64,000 nt of DNA from a bacterium (GTDB taxonomy: Bacteria; Patescibacteriota; Minisyncoccia; UBA6257; GWB1-50-10), in contig JAKAGX010000001.1 of assembly GCA_021825465.1 (NCBI GenBank), positions 5,347 to 69,346 on the forward strand, in the 5' to 3' direction. A program made the position numbers and the translations under genes. Position 1 is the first letter of the stretch; every line of letters begins with the position of its first letter. The notes under the pieces are model-generated. The model saw only the letters and a program-made list of their open reading frames with translations, did not search any database and had not been told where the DNA came from. Positions 29,864-40,559 of the stretch are shown here, one piece after another.

Positions 29864-31581
29864 ACAATCTCTGCATTAAAACACTGCTCGCAATAGATGA
29901 CTTCTTTTCTCTCCGGCGCGTACGAGGTTTCGAACTCGTTAGAGCATCTTCCCTCTCCGTGGAAATGGGTTTTCTTGTCGCACATGCACGAGCGATGGTA
30001 GAGCTTCGGGGGGTTGACGCTCCGAAACCGCTCCCCGTGGCGGCACTCAAAGCACTTGCGGGGCAGGGCCGCATTTATCTTTTTCAAAAAATCGTATTCT
30101 TTCCCAATGATCTGGTACGGCTTACCACACGAGGAACACTCAATGATTTCTCTCGTAATTGAGTCCGGCGTTTCCTTGATATCATCCGGCAGCTCGCCCG
30201 CTTTCTTGGTAATCGTGTGGCGCGGAGCATCCGCCTCGCGCCATGCAAAACCGCTCTCGGATGCTCTTTCCCTCGTGAGCGGGAAATAATCGTTCGCCAC
30301 CGTCTCGTTGTAGGCAAAAGGTGAAAGCTCAGTCGGAAAAAATTCACCGTAGCCGTACGTTCTCCCTCTCCCGTCCACGTACGGTACTTTCCCCATCTGC
30401 TCGATGATCTTCGGAATTAATGTTTTGTACTCTTCTTTGGAATACTGCTTGTTCAGGACGCAGTATTCCCGATTCCGGAGACCGATGCAACCGAAGAGAT
30501 TACTCGAGCCGTGACAATTCAAAGCATAACGGGCATCATTGGTACCGTAGACCGATCCCACAAAGTATTGTCGAGACGCCTCGACGCCGGAATCGAAGCC
30601 CTCATAGAGCAGCTCGCAATTTCCCCCCACGCCATAGCCGTCGTACGTATCAGTGGCAGAAAGGGCATTGGTGAGATATTTGCAGTCCTTCACGTTGCCG
30701 TACGAATCAAAACAAAAGCGCGAATCGGCGACATTATACAGCCGGTCGCCGGTCACATTGTTACAACTCACGAATGTCGCGTATTTCCTGATGGCGCCGA
30801 GCTTAAGGACCTCGAATTTTTTCTTCGTCTCCTCAAGCTGCCGGAAACTTCCCAAGTCGATCGCCGCCACTCTTTTCCCGTACTCCTCCCTGCTCAACTG
30901 CTCATTGAAGAAGCAGTAGGACTTATTCCGCAAATTCGTACACCCGAAGCAATCCGTGCATCCCTTGCAACCGAAGAGGAACCAAGAATCGGCGCAACCT
31001 TCCGATTCGGAGGAAAAGTGGACGTTAAACAGTTTGCTGCTCCCGACATCATATGAACACAGGCTGCAATTATTGATCGCAAAGGCGTCAACGATATCTT
31101 TTGACGCGTTGCAACGGGAGGCATAGCACACATTTTCGCCGTCCCACGATGCCGAGACGAGGTACGCATCTTTATACTCGCCGACATAATTCACATAACT
31201 GGAGTTCACTGTCCGCGCATTGAAGACCGCCGGCATCGGCACTTTCTTCAGAAGCTCCGCGAACTGCCCGAAGAATGGCCTCGAAAAATCATAGTCAGCA
31301 CCGAAAGCGAGCGGATCCCATGCGTCGCTCCACCAATAATCCCGATCGTATACCGTTATGCCCGAATCGGGCGCAAAACAGGAGATAACCGCCTTCCCCG
31401 TCGCCGCACATTTATTCCTGAAGAGCGTCCGTTCGTTCCGCCAGGCAAACCGACGCTGCATCCGGCATTCCGGGCACCAGGTTGGCGGTGGGACCTGTAT
31501 CCTCTCGTAGAATGCGAAATCCTCCGGTTCGATCGTGAACTCCTTCTTGCAGTTCTGGCACCGTCGCGTTTCCGAGGTCAT
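29860..31581 (-). CDS. Cys-rich multi-zinc-ribbon repeat protein, paralog 4
   Basis: Same conserved motifs. Confidence 0.88.
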   Translation of the reverse strand: MTSETRRCQNCKKEFTIEPEDFAFYERIQVPPPTWCPECRMQRRFAWRNERTLFRNKCAATGKAVISCFAPDSGITVYDRDYWWSDAWDPLAFGADYDFSRPFFGQFAELLKKVPMPAVFNARTVNSSYVNYVGEYKDAYLVSASWDGENVCYASRCNASKDIVDAFAINNCSLCSYDVGSSKLFNVHFSSESEGCADSWFLFGCKGCTDCFGCTNLRNKSYCFFNEQLSREEYGKRVAAIDLGSFRQLEETKKKFEVLKLGAIRKYATFVSCNNVTGDRLYNVADSRFCFDSYGNVKDCKYLTNALSATDTYDGYGVGGNCELLYEGFDSGVEASRQYFVGSVYGTNDARYALNCHGSSNLFGCIGLRNREYCVLNKQYSKEEYKTLIPKIIEQMGKVPYVDGRGRTYGYGEFFPTELSPFAYNETVANDYFPLTRERASESGFAWREADAPRHTITKKAGELPDDIKETPDSITREIIECSSCGKPYQIIGKEYDFLKKINAALPRKCFECRHGERFRSVNPPKLYHRSCMCDKKTHFHGEGRCSNEFETSYAPERKEVIYCEQCFNAEIV

Positions 31582-31612
31582 ATATCTATATTACCTTAAA
31601 ACAATCCCCAAG

Positions 31613-31696
31613 GGAGTAAGCCGGATACTCCCGCGAAGGCTAAGAGCTTTAGCGTCGCCCCGGAGGGAGCCTCTGCGGGGGTATCCGGCGAACTCC
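31613..31696. repeat. ~85 bp intergenic stem-loop element, copy 1
   Basis: Stem gccggatactcccgc/gcgggggtatccggc enclosing gaaggctaaga...ccccggag..agcct; homolog at 62047-62131. Confidence 0.72.
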
Positions 31697-33462
31697 TATA
31701 CTATCTCCTTTTGGTAGCATTCCTCACAGTAGATGAGATCGGGGCGGTCAGGCGCATAAGGCGTCATTACTCTATTCCCACAGGGACTATTTCCATGATC
31801 GTGGAGAACCGTATTCTTATAGCCGTTCTTCGCCGGTCCGCCGCCTTGGCACTCGCATGTCCGCTCAAAAAGCCGCCGCGGGAGGAGCTTCCGCATCCTC
31901 GCTTTGTGCCGCTCGAGGGGAGACAGTCGCGGGATCGGCAATCCCCGCCTCCGATAGAATTGGAGTTCCATCGGGATCACTCGGTATGGCTTCCCCGACG
32001 CTTCGCATTTCAGTATCTTTTCCACGATGTCGTCTTTCACGTCTTTGATATCGTCCGGTATCGCGTAATCGGAAATTCGAATGCCGGAATCGGCCTCGTA
32101 GTCGCTCCATGGATACCCTTTTGCTTCCGCCTCGCTCTTCGAGAGCGGGTAGTAGTCCATGGCAGCCGTTTCATTGTAACCGTAGGGTGAAAGCTCGATT
32201 GGGAAGAATTCGCCGTAGCGATATACTCGTCCGTTCGCGCCGGCATACGGCATCTCATCCATGTGTTTTCTGATCTTCTGAACCAATGCCTCGTACTCCT
32301 CCTTTGGATACTGTTTGTTCAGGATGCAGTATTCACCGTTCCGGAGATTGGCGCACCCGAAGCAATTCTTGCTATCGATGACCGAGTAGCAGTACTCGAC
32401 GTCAGAGGAATGAATTTTTCGCAACGGGTCGCCGCTCATACAAAAGTTCAGGAATTTCGAGTTATACACTCCCCCGCCGCTTGCGGACTCATAGGTCAAT
32501 TCGGATGCACCATGGGCGCTCTCGTCATAGCTGTCCTTGATCCAGCCTGCGATATAAAGGTACTTTGAATCCTCCACTTCTTCGCCGTTCCAACAATCCT
32601 TGGCGTTTTTTGAATTCGAAAGATAGTTCCCCGTCGAATTCACTGATTTGAAAACGCTTGCGAACCGGTGCGGCATTGTGAACCAGAACTTTTCCGATCG
32701 CTCTCTCAGTTCGCTGAATCCCTTCCACGACCCGAGCGGATTCTCGGCGATGAATTTTTGATACTCTTCTTTCGTGTGTTCCTCGTTGAAAATGCAGTAT
32801 TGCTTGTTCCGGAGGCCGGCTGAGCCGAAGCAGTCATGGCAGTTCCGGCAGTCGAAACAAAAGGTCAGATTTTGGGAATCGAAACAATCGACGGAACCGG
32901 TAACGGCATAACAGCGCTCGCAATCAACGTTTCCATACCCCAATTCACTGTTCAGAAACCACCAGTTATCAAAACTGTCTTTAGAATACAGATCGTACGT
33001 ATTGTATGCCGAATCCTCGTTGTAGTGGCCGCCGACATTCAGGTAGCAGTTCTTGTCATCGGTTTCCTGGTTCACCCAGTCGCTATTTACCGTGTTGAGA
33101 TTCAGGATGGAAACATGCGGCGTCGCATACAAAAGTTCCTTGAACTGCTCGAAGAACGGCTTCGAAAAGTCGTACTCGCGGCCGTATTGCTTACCGTTCC
33201 ATCTGTCGGACCACCAACACTCTTTGCAGTACGCCGGGTACGGCTTGTCCGGTGAAACGCGCGAAACGACCTCTTTGCCGCAGAGATCGCACTTCCGCTT
33301 GGAGAGTGCGCGCTCGTTCCGCCAAGCGATCCGCCTTTCTTCCCGGCATTCGGGGCAAAATGTCGGCGGCGGAACCTTGATCTTCTCGTAGAATGCGAAA
33401 TCCTCAGGCTCGATGGTGAATTCCTTTTTACAGTTCTGACACTGTCGAGTTTCTAAACCCAT
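31696..33462 (-). CDS. Cys-rich multi-zinc-ribbon repeat protein, paralog 5
   Basis: Same conserved motifs. Confidence 0.88.
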   Translation of the reverse strand: MGLETRQCQNCKKEFTIEPEDFAFYEKIKVPPPTFCPECREERRIAWRNERALSKRKCDLCGKEVVSRVSPDKPYPAYCKECWWSDRWNGKQYGREYDFSKPFFEQFKELLYATPHVSILNLNTVNSDWVNQETDDKNCYLNVGGHYNEDSAYNTYDLYSKDSFDNWWFLNSELGYGNVDCERCYAVTGSVDCFDSQNLTFCFDCRNCHDCFGSAGLRNKQYCIFNEEHTKEEYQKFIAENPLGSWKGFSELRERSEKFWFTMPHRFASVFKSVNSTGNYLSNSKNAKDCWNGEEVEDSKYLYIAGWIKDSYDESAHGASELTYESASGGGVYNSKFLNFCMSGDPLRKIHSSDVEYCYSVIDSKNCFGCANLRNGEYCILNKQYPKEEYEALVQKIRKHMDEMPYAGANGRVYRYGEFFPIELSPYGYNETAAMDYYPLSKSEAEAKGYPWSDYEADSGIRISDYAIPDDIKDVKDDIVEKILKCEASGKPYRVIPMELQFYRRRGLPIPRLSPLERHKARMRKLLPRRLFERTCECQGGGPAKNGYKNTVLHDHGNSPCGNRVMTPYAPDRPDLIYCEECYQKEIV

Positions 33463-33496
33463 ACTCTTATTCTATATCAGTTCCCAGCTTTAGCGA

Positions 33497-33520
33497 GCGG
33501 GGCGCCTACCGGTGCCCCGC
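33497..33520. terminator. intergenic hairpin
   Basis: gcggggcgcc-tacc-ggtgccccgc just after the paralog 6 stop; no clear U-tract. Confidence 0.4.
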
Positions 33521-33528
33521 CCGCATAG

Positions 33529-35313
33529 TCATACTTTCTCTTGCTGATAACACTCGGCACAGTAAATGATGTCCGGTTTCTCCGGAGAGAACGATGTTTC
33601 AAACTCGTTCGGGCAATGACCTTCGCCGTGGGCATGTTTTGAGAGGTTCGTATAAGTGCCGTTTTCCGACTTCGCTCCGCCACACTGGCATTTCCGATGC
33701 CACAGCTTGAATGGATTCCTTAATTTCAGGCGATTGGCGTTCCTACAGTTGGGACAAAGACGGGGCAAGGCCAAATTAAACTTGCGGTAAAAATCCAATT
33801 CATCCGCGATGATCTTGAAAGCCCCGGTACACTGATCGGTGCACTCTCCCTTATGTGCACAGCCGATCACTTCTTTCAAAATATCGTCAGCGACATCTTT
33901 GACATGGTCGGGCAGGTTCTCCGCTTCCACCGTGACAGTATGTTCTTTCTTTCCCAATTCCTTCCAGGGGTATTTTTGGACAGCCGCTTCCTCCTTTTTC
34001 AAGGGGAAATATTCCTCGGCAATCGTCTCGTTGTATGCGAAGGGCGAGATTTCACAGGGGAAAAATTCGCCATAAGCGTATTTTCTGCCGGCGGCATCGA
34101 CGTACGGCATGGCATTCATGTGCTCGACGATCTTCGGGACGAGGGCTTCATACTCTTCTTTGGAATATTGCTTGTTCAGAATGCAATATTCCCGGTTTCG
34201 AAGACCGACGCATCCGAAGAGATGAGAGGAAAAATGGCAACAGTAAGCATACTCCACATCATGATTGCCGTGAGCATAGACGGTGAATTTGTAGCGTGCA
34301 GCATTGATCCCCGAGTCAACGCCTTCATACAAAAGTTCGCCAATGCCGCCAAAACCGTACCCATCGTACGAATCCTTGAGGCCCTGGGCATGGATCGCAT
34401 ATTTTGAATCCTCGGTTTCGCCGTAACCGTCAAAGCAGAATTTGCAGTTTTTTGCATCGCCGACCTGGTCGCCCGTCGTGTCGACCGAACGGATGAGCGA
34501 CGCAAATTCCCGCGGGAATTTTCTGTCGAATTCGTCGAATTCTTTCTTGAATGCTTGGAGATTTTTATAACTTCCGAAATCGTATTTTACCCGTTCTTTT
34601 TGATACTCATCCTTCGAGTAAGGCTTGTTGAAAATATGATATCTCTTGTTCCTTAAATTGACGCACCCCAGCGATTCATTCACATTGGTGCAATGCCGCA
34701 AGAATGCCGAATCCATGCTCTCCCCCGCATCGAACGAGAAAAACACGCGATTGATATTGTCGCAGAGCGTATCATCGTAGCAAAGTTCGCATTTCAAGAC
34801 ATTGTAGAGATCCATCGAATCCTTTCCTTCCATAATGCCGCTTGAAAAAGAAACGTTTTCATTCATATATGACGCATAAAGGAGATAACAATCCTTGCAG
34901 TCGGCATTGTGGTTCCCGTAATCGCTCCGCGTAACGTTCGTATTCGCGAGATTCGGCAACGGCGCTCGGTGCAAGAGATCTCGGTACTGCTCGAAGAACG
35001 GCTTCGAAAAGTCATACTCGCGGCCCGATGCAAGATTGTCCCATTTGTCGCTCCACCAATAATCCCGGTCATAGACGACCATGTTGCTTTCGGGCGAAAA
35101 CATCGTGAGAAATTCCTTTCCCGTCGCCGCACACTTTCCTTTATAAAGGGTCCGTTCGTTTCTCCATATAAATCTCCTCTGCATCCTGCAATCCGGGCAA
35201 AATGTCGGCGGCGGGACCCGGATCTTCTCGTAAAACGCAAAATCGTCGGACTCGACCGTGAATTCCTTCTTACAATTCTGACATTGCCTTTTTTCCCTTT
35301 CTGTCATGCTCAT
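33529..35313 (-). CDS. Cys-rich multi-zinc-ribbon repeat protein, paralog 6
   Basis: Same conserved motifs; alternative start at 35307. Confidence 0.88.
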   Translation of the reverse strand: MSMTEREKRQCQNCKKEFTVESDDFAFYEKIRVPPPTFCPDCRMQRRFIWRNERTLYKGKCAATGKEFLTMFSPESNMVVYDRDYWWSDKWDNLASGREYDFSKPFFEQYRDLLHRAPLPNLANTNVTRSDYGNHNADCKDCYLLYASYMNENVSFSSGIMEGKDSMDLYNVLKCELCYDDTLCDNINRVFFSFDAGESMDSAFLRHCTNVNESLGCVNLRNKRYHIFNKPYSKDEYQKERVKYDFGSYKNLQAFKKEFDEFDRKFPREFASLIRSVDTTGDQVGDAKNCKFCFDGYGETEDSKYAIHAQGLKDSYDGYGFGGIGELLYEGVDSGINAARYKFTVYAHGNHDVEYAYCCHFSSHLFGCVGLRNREYCILNKQYSKEEYEALVPKIVEHMNAMPYVDAAGRKYAYGEFFPCEISPFAYNETIAEEYFPLKKEEAAVQKYPWKELGKKEHTVTVEAENLPDHVKDVADDILKEVIGCAHKGECTDQCTGAFKIIADELDFYRKFNLALPRLCPNCRNANRLKLRNPFKLWHRKCQCGGAKSENGTYTNLSKHAHGEGHCPNEFETSFSPEKPDIIYCAECYQQEKV

Positions 35314-35315
35314 TA

Positions 35316-36971
35316 CTATAATACCCTATCTTGATAACATTCTTCGCAGACGATTTTCTGATATCCCCACTCCGGCGGATAGTAATGGATGATCGGCCTC
35401 GAGCAGAAAAAGCACATTCCTTCATACGGCGTCGTGACCGTCAGGGGTTTCATGCGCTCCAGGTTGCGCCGATCTGGATGGCGGCTCGGCAAAGGTATGC
35501 CCTGTTCTTTATAAAACGCAAGTTCCTGAGGCGCTATGTTGAACCGCCATTTAGTTTCGGGGCAAACGATCGCTTGCTTCGAAAAATCGTTGTCGACGCC
35601 GTCAATGACATCCGGAACCTCATCGCCCGATATACCTTCATAGGCCTGGTCTTGAATGTCTTCCCACAAGCCGCCTTTTTCCTCTATGGATTCGCGCGTC
35701 TCGGGGAAATACATTTGCCCGGTCGACAGGTTGTATCCGCAGTAAGCCAGCGAATATGGGAAGAACGTCCCCCACGTTCCGTCGGCGGTCATTCGGTCTT
35801 TGATCTTTTTTACAAGATCGTTGTATTCCGACTCCGAATACTGCTTGTTCAAAATACAGTACTTCTTCTTCCGCAAGCCGACGCATCCGAAACAGTACTC
35901 GCATTCTTCGCAATATTCGAGGTAGGCGCTGTAGCGGCAATTGCCGCACCGGGACGTGGCAACGGTCCCATAATTATATCCATCCATCATGCTCAAAGCC
36001 GCGTTCTCGGCGATGGTGCCTGCCGCATGGACAACCTCGCGCTGTTCGTAGCCGCGAAGGAGATAGTAGCCATTCTCGGACTTTTGGGCGAAGTACGATT
36101 CTTTGCAATTCTTGCATTCTTCAAGGAAATTCCCGGTTGAATCGACAACTTTGAGGTTGCGGTCCGCCTTATGAATGACCTCGCGGGCGACGACATCGGC
36201 AAATTCCTTCTTCAATCGCTCGACCTCCCGCCTTGAGTTCAAGCGATACTCTTTCATCTTCTCAAAATATCCCTCCTTGGAATACTGCTTGTTCAGGATG
36301 CAGTATTGTTTATTCCTCAAATTCCAGCACATAAAGCAGTTCTTCACGTTCCGGCAATCATAGAGAAACGCGCTGTCCATACTGTCGCGCGCATCGAAGG
36401 AATGTCGGACCTTGTACGACTTGAAGCAATAGGTGCAATCATACGAACGCTCAACATCGAAGCAGAAGGTGAGATCCGTTGAATTTTTGCAATTCACCGT
36501 ACGGTAGGCATAGTTCACTTCTTCGCAGTCGAGCATCGATCGGCAGAGGTAGCAATTCTTGCAGCTCCAGGCATCGTCGCTCCAATCGCAATTCGTGCTC
36601 ATGGTCCCCGACCGGTGGGGATGCGGCGTTTTTCGCTGGACTTCCGCATACTGCTCGAAGAACGGCCGTGAGAAGTCATACGATCTGCCGTATTGCAACG
36701 GATCCCACACGTCCGACATCCACTCGTCGTAATCGTAGAGCGGGAAGGGCGTTTTTTCCGAGAACGTCGTGATGATGGTTTTCCCGGAGAGTGCCGACGT
36801 CGTTTTGCGGAATTTGCCGAAAACCCAGAAAGCCGTAAGGTTCTTCCAAATGCAAACATGACATTCCTGGGGCACCGGGATCCCGGTTTTTTCATAGAGA
36901 ACAAGACTGTCCGGCGGAACCGAGAATTCCTTTCTACACGTCTTACATATTTTTGTTTCTTCCCCTCCCAT
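35316..36971 (-). CDS. Cys-rich multi-zinc-ribbon repeat protein, paralog 7 (divergent)
   Basis: CKTC..PQECHVC, WDPLQYGRSYDFSRPFFEQ, YCILNKQY twice; ATG 7 nt after TATAGT. Confidence 0.86.
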   Translation of the reverse strand: MGGEETKICKTCRKEFSVPPDSLVLYEKTGIPVPQECHVCIWKNLTAFWVFGKFRKTTSALSGKTIITTFSEKTPFPLYDYDEWMSDVWDPLQYGRSYDFSRPFFEQYAEVQRKTPHPHRSGTMSTNCDWSDDAWSCKNCYLCRSMLDCEEVNYAYRTVNCKNSTDLTFCFDVERSYDCTYCFKSYKVRHSFDARDSMDSAFLYDCRNVKNCFMCWNLRNKQYCILNKQYSKEGYFEKMKEYRLNSRREVERLKKEFADVVAREVIHKADRNLKVVDSTGNFLEECKNCKESYFAQKSENGYYLLRGYEQREVVHAAGTIAENAALSMMDGYNYGTVATSRCGNCRYSAYLEYCEECEYCFGCVGLRKKKYCILNKQYSESEYNDLVKKIKDRMTADGTWGTFFPYSLAYCGYNLSTGQMYFPETRESIEEKGGLWEDIQDQAYEGISGDEVPDVIDGVDNDFSKQAIVCPETKWRFNIAPQELAFYKEQGIPLPSRHPDRRNLERMKPLTVTTPYEGMCFFCSRPIIHYYPPEWGYQKIVCEECYQDRVL

Positions 36972-36995
36972 ACTCAATACTATATACCAAATATC

Positions 36996-38759
36996 TTATA
37001 CTATCTCTTTCTGGTAGCACTCCTCGCAATACACGATTTCCGGCTTCTCCGGAGCGTACGAGGTTTCAAATTCCTTGGAACATTTTCTCGAATGACCGTG
37101 GCTTTGGTTGTCACACATACACCCGCGGTGCCAGAGCTTCATGGGCGTTCGTTTCTTGAGACGTCCGTAGTGCCGGCAATTCGGGCAAAGCGTCGGGAGC
37201 GGAATATTCATTTTTTTATAGAACGCGAGTTCTTCCGGCGTGATGCGGAATGCTTCCGTGCATTGCTCTTCGCATTTCCCTTCGTGTGCACAACCGATCG
37301 TTTCTTTTACGACATCGTCCGAAACAATGCGGATGGTATCGGGCAAGTCGGTCGGTTTCAGGGTTATTCCATAATTCCGCGTTTCCGGATCGCGCCACTG
37401 GTACCCCATTGCCGTTGCTTTTTCTTTCGTCGAAGGGAAATACTCCTCGGCCACCGTCTCGTTGTATGCAAAAAGGGCGATTTCCGGCGGGAAAAACTCG
37501 CCGAAACCGTACCGCACTCCCCTTTTATCGACATACGGCATCTCGTCCATGTGTTTTTTAATTTTCGGGAGAAGTTCTTCATATTCCTCCTCCGAGTATT
37601 GCTTGTTCAAAATGCAATACTCCTTGTTCCGCATACCGTAGCAGCCAAACATATTATGCGACCCGTGCGTATGGACGCTCCACCACACGTCGCTCGAATC
37701 ATAGACCACGACACCGCCCACGATCCTCGACGAGCTGTTGATATCGACGCCTTCGTAGAGGAGTTCCGACTTCCAGCCGGCCCCCGGCCCGCAATCGTAT
37801 ATTCCCTTGCTTCCGAATCCGCTCCAGTTCACATACCGGCAATCTTCCGTGTTATCGCCCACGAAATCGAAGCAATCCCGGCAGTTCTTCGTATTCTGCA
37901 AATGATCGCCGGTCGAACCGACCGAATTCACGATGTCCGCATACTTATGGATCGCCTTCACATACACCTCATCCTGGAATTTCCGTCGGACTTCTTCGAG
38001 GGCCTTCCGGCTTCCAAGGTTCAGTTCCTTGACTCTCTTTTCGTATTCATCCTTCGATATCTGCTCATTGAAAATACAATATTGCTTATTTCTCAAATTC
38101 GCACATCCGATGCAGTCCCGGCAGTTCTTGCAGTTGTAAAGGAACCAGGAATCGCTGCAACCCTCGCAGTTCGAGGAATACAAGAGCCGGTACGAACCGC
38201 TGACGTACGAATCATCGTAGCAAAGCTCGCTGCCGTCGACGATATAGAGATCGAGCGAATCCTTGTCCTTCACCATACGGTTCGCATACATCACGTTCTC
38301 GTTCCATCCGCCGGCGGAAACGAGGTGACAGTTCTTGTTCCACGCGGCGGAGCTGCAATATTCGCTATTCACCGAATTCGTGTTCGAAAGCGCGATCAAG
38401 GGCACGCGGTGCAGGAGCTCCGCATACTGTTCGAAAAACGGCTTCGAGAAATCGTATTCCTTGCCGTATTGCATCGGATCCCATGCGTCGCTCCACCAAT
38501 ATTTTTGATCGTATACCGTATACGGTATATCTGCCGGATGAAGACTGATGACGTCTTCCGTATGTCCCGGCGCATTGCATTTCCGCTTATAGTACGTGCG
38601 CTCGTTCCGCCACACCATCCGCCGCGCGGCGCGGCATTCCGGACACCACGTGGGCGCCGGTACGCCGATCTGTCGGTAAAAATCAAGATCAGCGGGGTCG
38701 ATTTGAAACCCCCTTCCGCAATTCCTGCATATTCGGCCCTCTGAATTCATTGAGTTCAT
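36996..38759 (-). CDS. Cys-rich multi-zinc-ribbon repeat protein, paralog 8
   Basis: Same conserved motifs. Confidence 0.88.
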   Translation of the reverse strand: MNSMNSEGRICRNCGRGFQIDPADLDFYRQIGVPAPTWCPECRAARRMVWRNERTYYKRKCNAPGHTEDVISLHPADIPYTVYDQKYWWSDAWDPMQYGKEYDFSKPFFEQYAELLHRVPLIALSNTNSVNSEYCSSAAWNKNCHLVSAGGWNENVMYANRMVKDKDSLDLYIVDGSELCYDDSYVSGSYRLLYSSNCEGCSDSWFLYNCKNCRDCIGCANLRNKQYCIFNEQISKDEYEKRVKELNLGSRKALEEVRRKFQDEVYVKAIHKYADIVNSVGSTGDHLQNTKNCRDCFDFVGDNTEDCRYVNWSGFGSKGIYDCGPGAGWKSELLYEGVDINSSSRIVGGVVVYDSSDVWWSVHTHGSHNMFGCYGMRNKEYCILNKQYSEEEYEELLPKIKKHMDEMPYVDKRGVRYGFGEFFPPEIALFAYNETVAEEYFPSTKEKATAMGYQWRDPETRNYGITLKPTDLPDTIRIVSDDVVKETIGCAHEGKCEEQCTEAFRITPEELAFYKKMNIPLPTLCPNCRHYGRLKKRTPMKLWHRGCMCDNQSHGHSRKCSKEFETSYAPEKPEIVYCEECYQKEIV

Positions 38760-38760
38760 T

Positions 38761-38795
38761 ATAAAACAAATGCTCCGCGGTTAAACGCAGAGCAT
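38761..38795 (-). terminator. intrinsic terminator
   Basis: Minus strand atgctctgcg-tttaac-cgcggagcat followed by ttgttttat. Confidence 0.65.
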
Positions 38796-38820
38796 CGAAA
38801 CAATCACAAACAGGAGGACG

Positions 38821-39264
38821 TCACATCTTCATGGAGCTGACAACGATGATCCCGCCGAGGATCGGATCTTCCTCTTCCTTGGATTCGAAAGAAATGATCT
38901 TCCAGTCCGATCGCAAGCTCAGATCGTCATATTCGGCATCGCCGAGTTCGGCGTGCACCGACGACCAAAACACCTTGCGAAGAATATCCGCCTTGTCCAT
39001 GAGAGCGCGGTAATCGCGGAAAACCTTCTCACACTCTTTTTCCATGCCATCGCCGCCGAAGAGGAACCGAGCGTGTTTCTGCTCATGATCCTTCTTCATC
39101 TTGCTTGCCTCTTTGGCAAGTTTGGCATGAAGAGAATAGGTCCGCTTCAAGTCGTCATTGACCTCTAGCATTACGCGACCTTCCGGGTAGGGACCTTCCG
39201 CTACCGGCTTCACGATTGTAGTATTGTCGATCTCCTTTTGGAGATCTTGGAGAAATGTGGTCAT
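38821..39264 (-). CDS. hypothetical coiled-coil protein
   Basis: 147 aa ORF with strong SD AAGGAGGT, own promoter and terminator. Confidence 0.75.
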   Translation of the reverse strand: MTTFLQDLQKEIDNTTIVKPVAEGPYPEGRVMLEVNDDLKRTYSLHAKLAKEASKMKKDHEQKHARFLFGGDGMEKECEKVFRDYRALMDKADILRKVFWSSVHAELGDAEYDDLSLRSDWKIISFESKEEEDPILGGIIVVSSMKM

Positions 39265-39312
39265 AAACCACCTCCTTGATTAGTGAAAAAATATGTTTAG
39301 TTACAGGACCAT

Positions 39313-39342
39313 ACTATAAGCTATTTTTACGTCATTTGTCAA
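39313..39342 (-). promoter_or_regulatory. sigma70-type promoter TTGACA-18-TATAGT
   Basis: tgtcaa at 39337-39342 and actata at 39313-39318. Confidence 0.6.
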
Positions 39343-40510
39343 CCTCCGTCCGCCTCTTGCCGAAAAAGCGGACGTAGAGATACATATTTGCGGCCATAAC
39401 GGCGCCATACGCAAAAAACGGGATATCAAGGAGTGCTGCATCCATGAGATAGCCGGCGAGCCCCGTGCCGGCCGAGGATGCCGCAAGCCGCGCAACTTGG
39501 TTCACGCCGAGCGCGCGGCCCATTTCATCGCCATCCACCCGGCGCGTAAGTTCCGCCTGCTGGATCGGAAGCGCCATGATGCGGAGCGCCGGCCCAAAAA
39601 CGTACACGAAAACGGCAAAAGGCAGGAAACGAATGATCGGGAAAGCGACGAAGAGAGCCGTTCCGATCCCCCTGCTCCACACCATGCTTTTTACGAATCC
39701 GAGATGTTTTTCGAGAAGCGGCGCCGCGAGAATGGCAACGGACCCGACAACGCCCGAGAGAAAAGCGTATTCCGCCATTTGTGATTTTGGAATGTTATAA
39801 ACCAAAAGAAAGAACGGGATGAGGAACGGAACGATGAGGCCTTGCGAAAATCCGTTCAAAATGCCGGTCAAGGTGAATTTTCCGATGGTCGTTTTCGTCT
39901 TCAAAACGCGGAGCTTGCCCTTGGATTCCGTAACTTCGATGAACGGCAATGCAACGACACCCAATGCCGCGACAACGGTCGCAATGAGAAAAATATCTTG
40001 GACCGAGAAAACTTTCGCAAAGAGCGCGCCGACGGCCGCCACGATGCCCGAGAGGAAGGTAAAGAAGGAAAAGTATTTCGTCCGTTTTTCGCTCGGCGTG
40101 AGTTCCGTGATGACGGTGTTTTGGATCGGTTGGACCGCACCGCCGATGCCGCCGCCGGCCAAGGATCCCGTCGCGGAATACCCCCCCACCATCGCTGCAA
40201 GGAATACCACCCACAAACTCGATGAAAAATATACCAAGGCGGAGCTCACCGGCAGGAGGGCGCTTGCGATGAAAAGTGTCCCCCGCTTCCCCCACACGTC
40301 GGTCGTGATGCCGGCAAGGAAGCTCAAGACTGCCGTCGCGATCGTCGCCGCGACGTAAATAAGGCCGATCATCCCGGCGCTTTGATGAAGGTCGACCAAC
40401 ACGTAGTACGGAAATGCAATATTGATCATCCCGGCCGCAATGCTCCGGGTGATCCTTGAAACCATAATAAGGTAAATGCCTTTTTTCTTGGGCCTTAGTT
40501 CAGTTTCCAC
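39332..40510 (-). CDS. MFS transporter
   Basis: About 12 TM helices, motif A variant GITTDVWGKRG; GTG start inferred from upstream TATAAT. Confidence 0.85.
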   Translation of the reverse strand: METELRPKKKGIYLIMVSRITRSIAAGMINIAFPYYVLVDLHQSAGMIGLIYVAATIATAVLSFLAGITTDVWGKRGTLFIASALLPVSSALVYFSSSLWVVFLAAMVGGYSATGSLAGGGIGGAVQPIQNTVITELTPSEKRTKYFSFFTFLSGIVAAVGALFAKVFSVQDIFLIATVVAALGVVALPFIEVTESKGKLRVLKTKTTIGKFTLTGILNGFSQGLIVPFLIPFFLLVYNIPKSQMAEYAFLSGVVGSVAILAAPLLEKHLGFVKSMVWSRGIGTALFVAFPIIRFLPFAVFVYVFGPALRIMALPIQQAELTRRVDGDEMGRALGVNQVARLAASSAGTGLAGYLMDAALLDIPFFAYGAVMAANMYLYVRFFGKRRTEVDK

Positions 40511-40559
40511 AGTAAGAACGATTATACCATACCGAGCGGAGTCGGGTGGTATAATAAGA

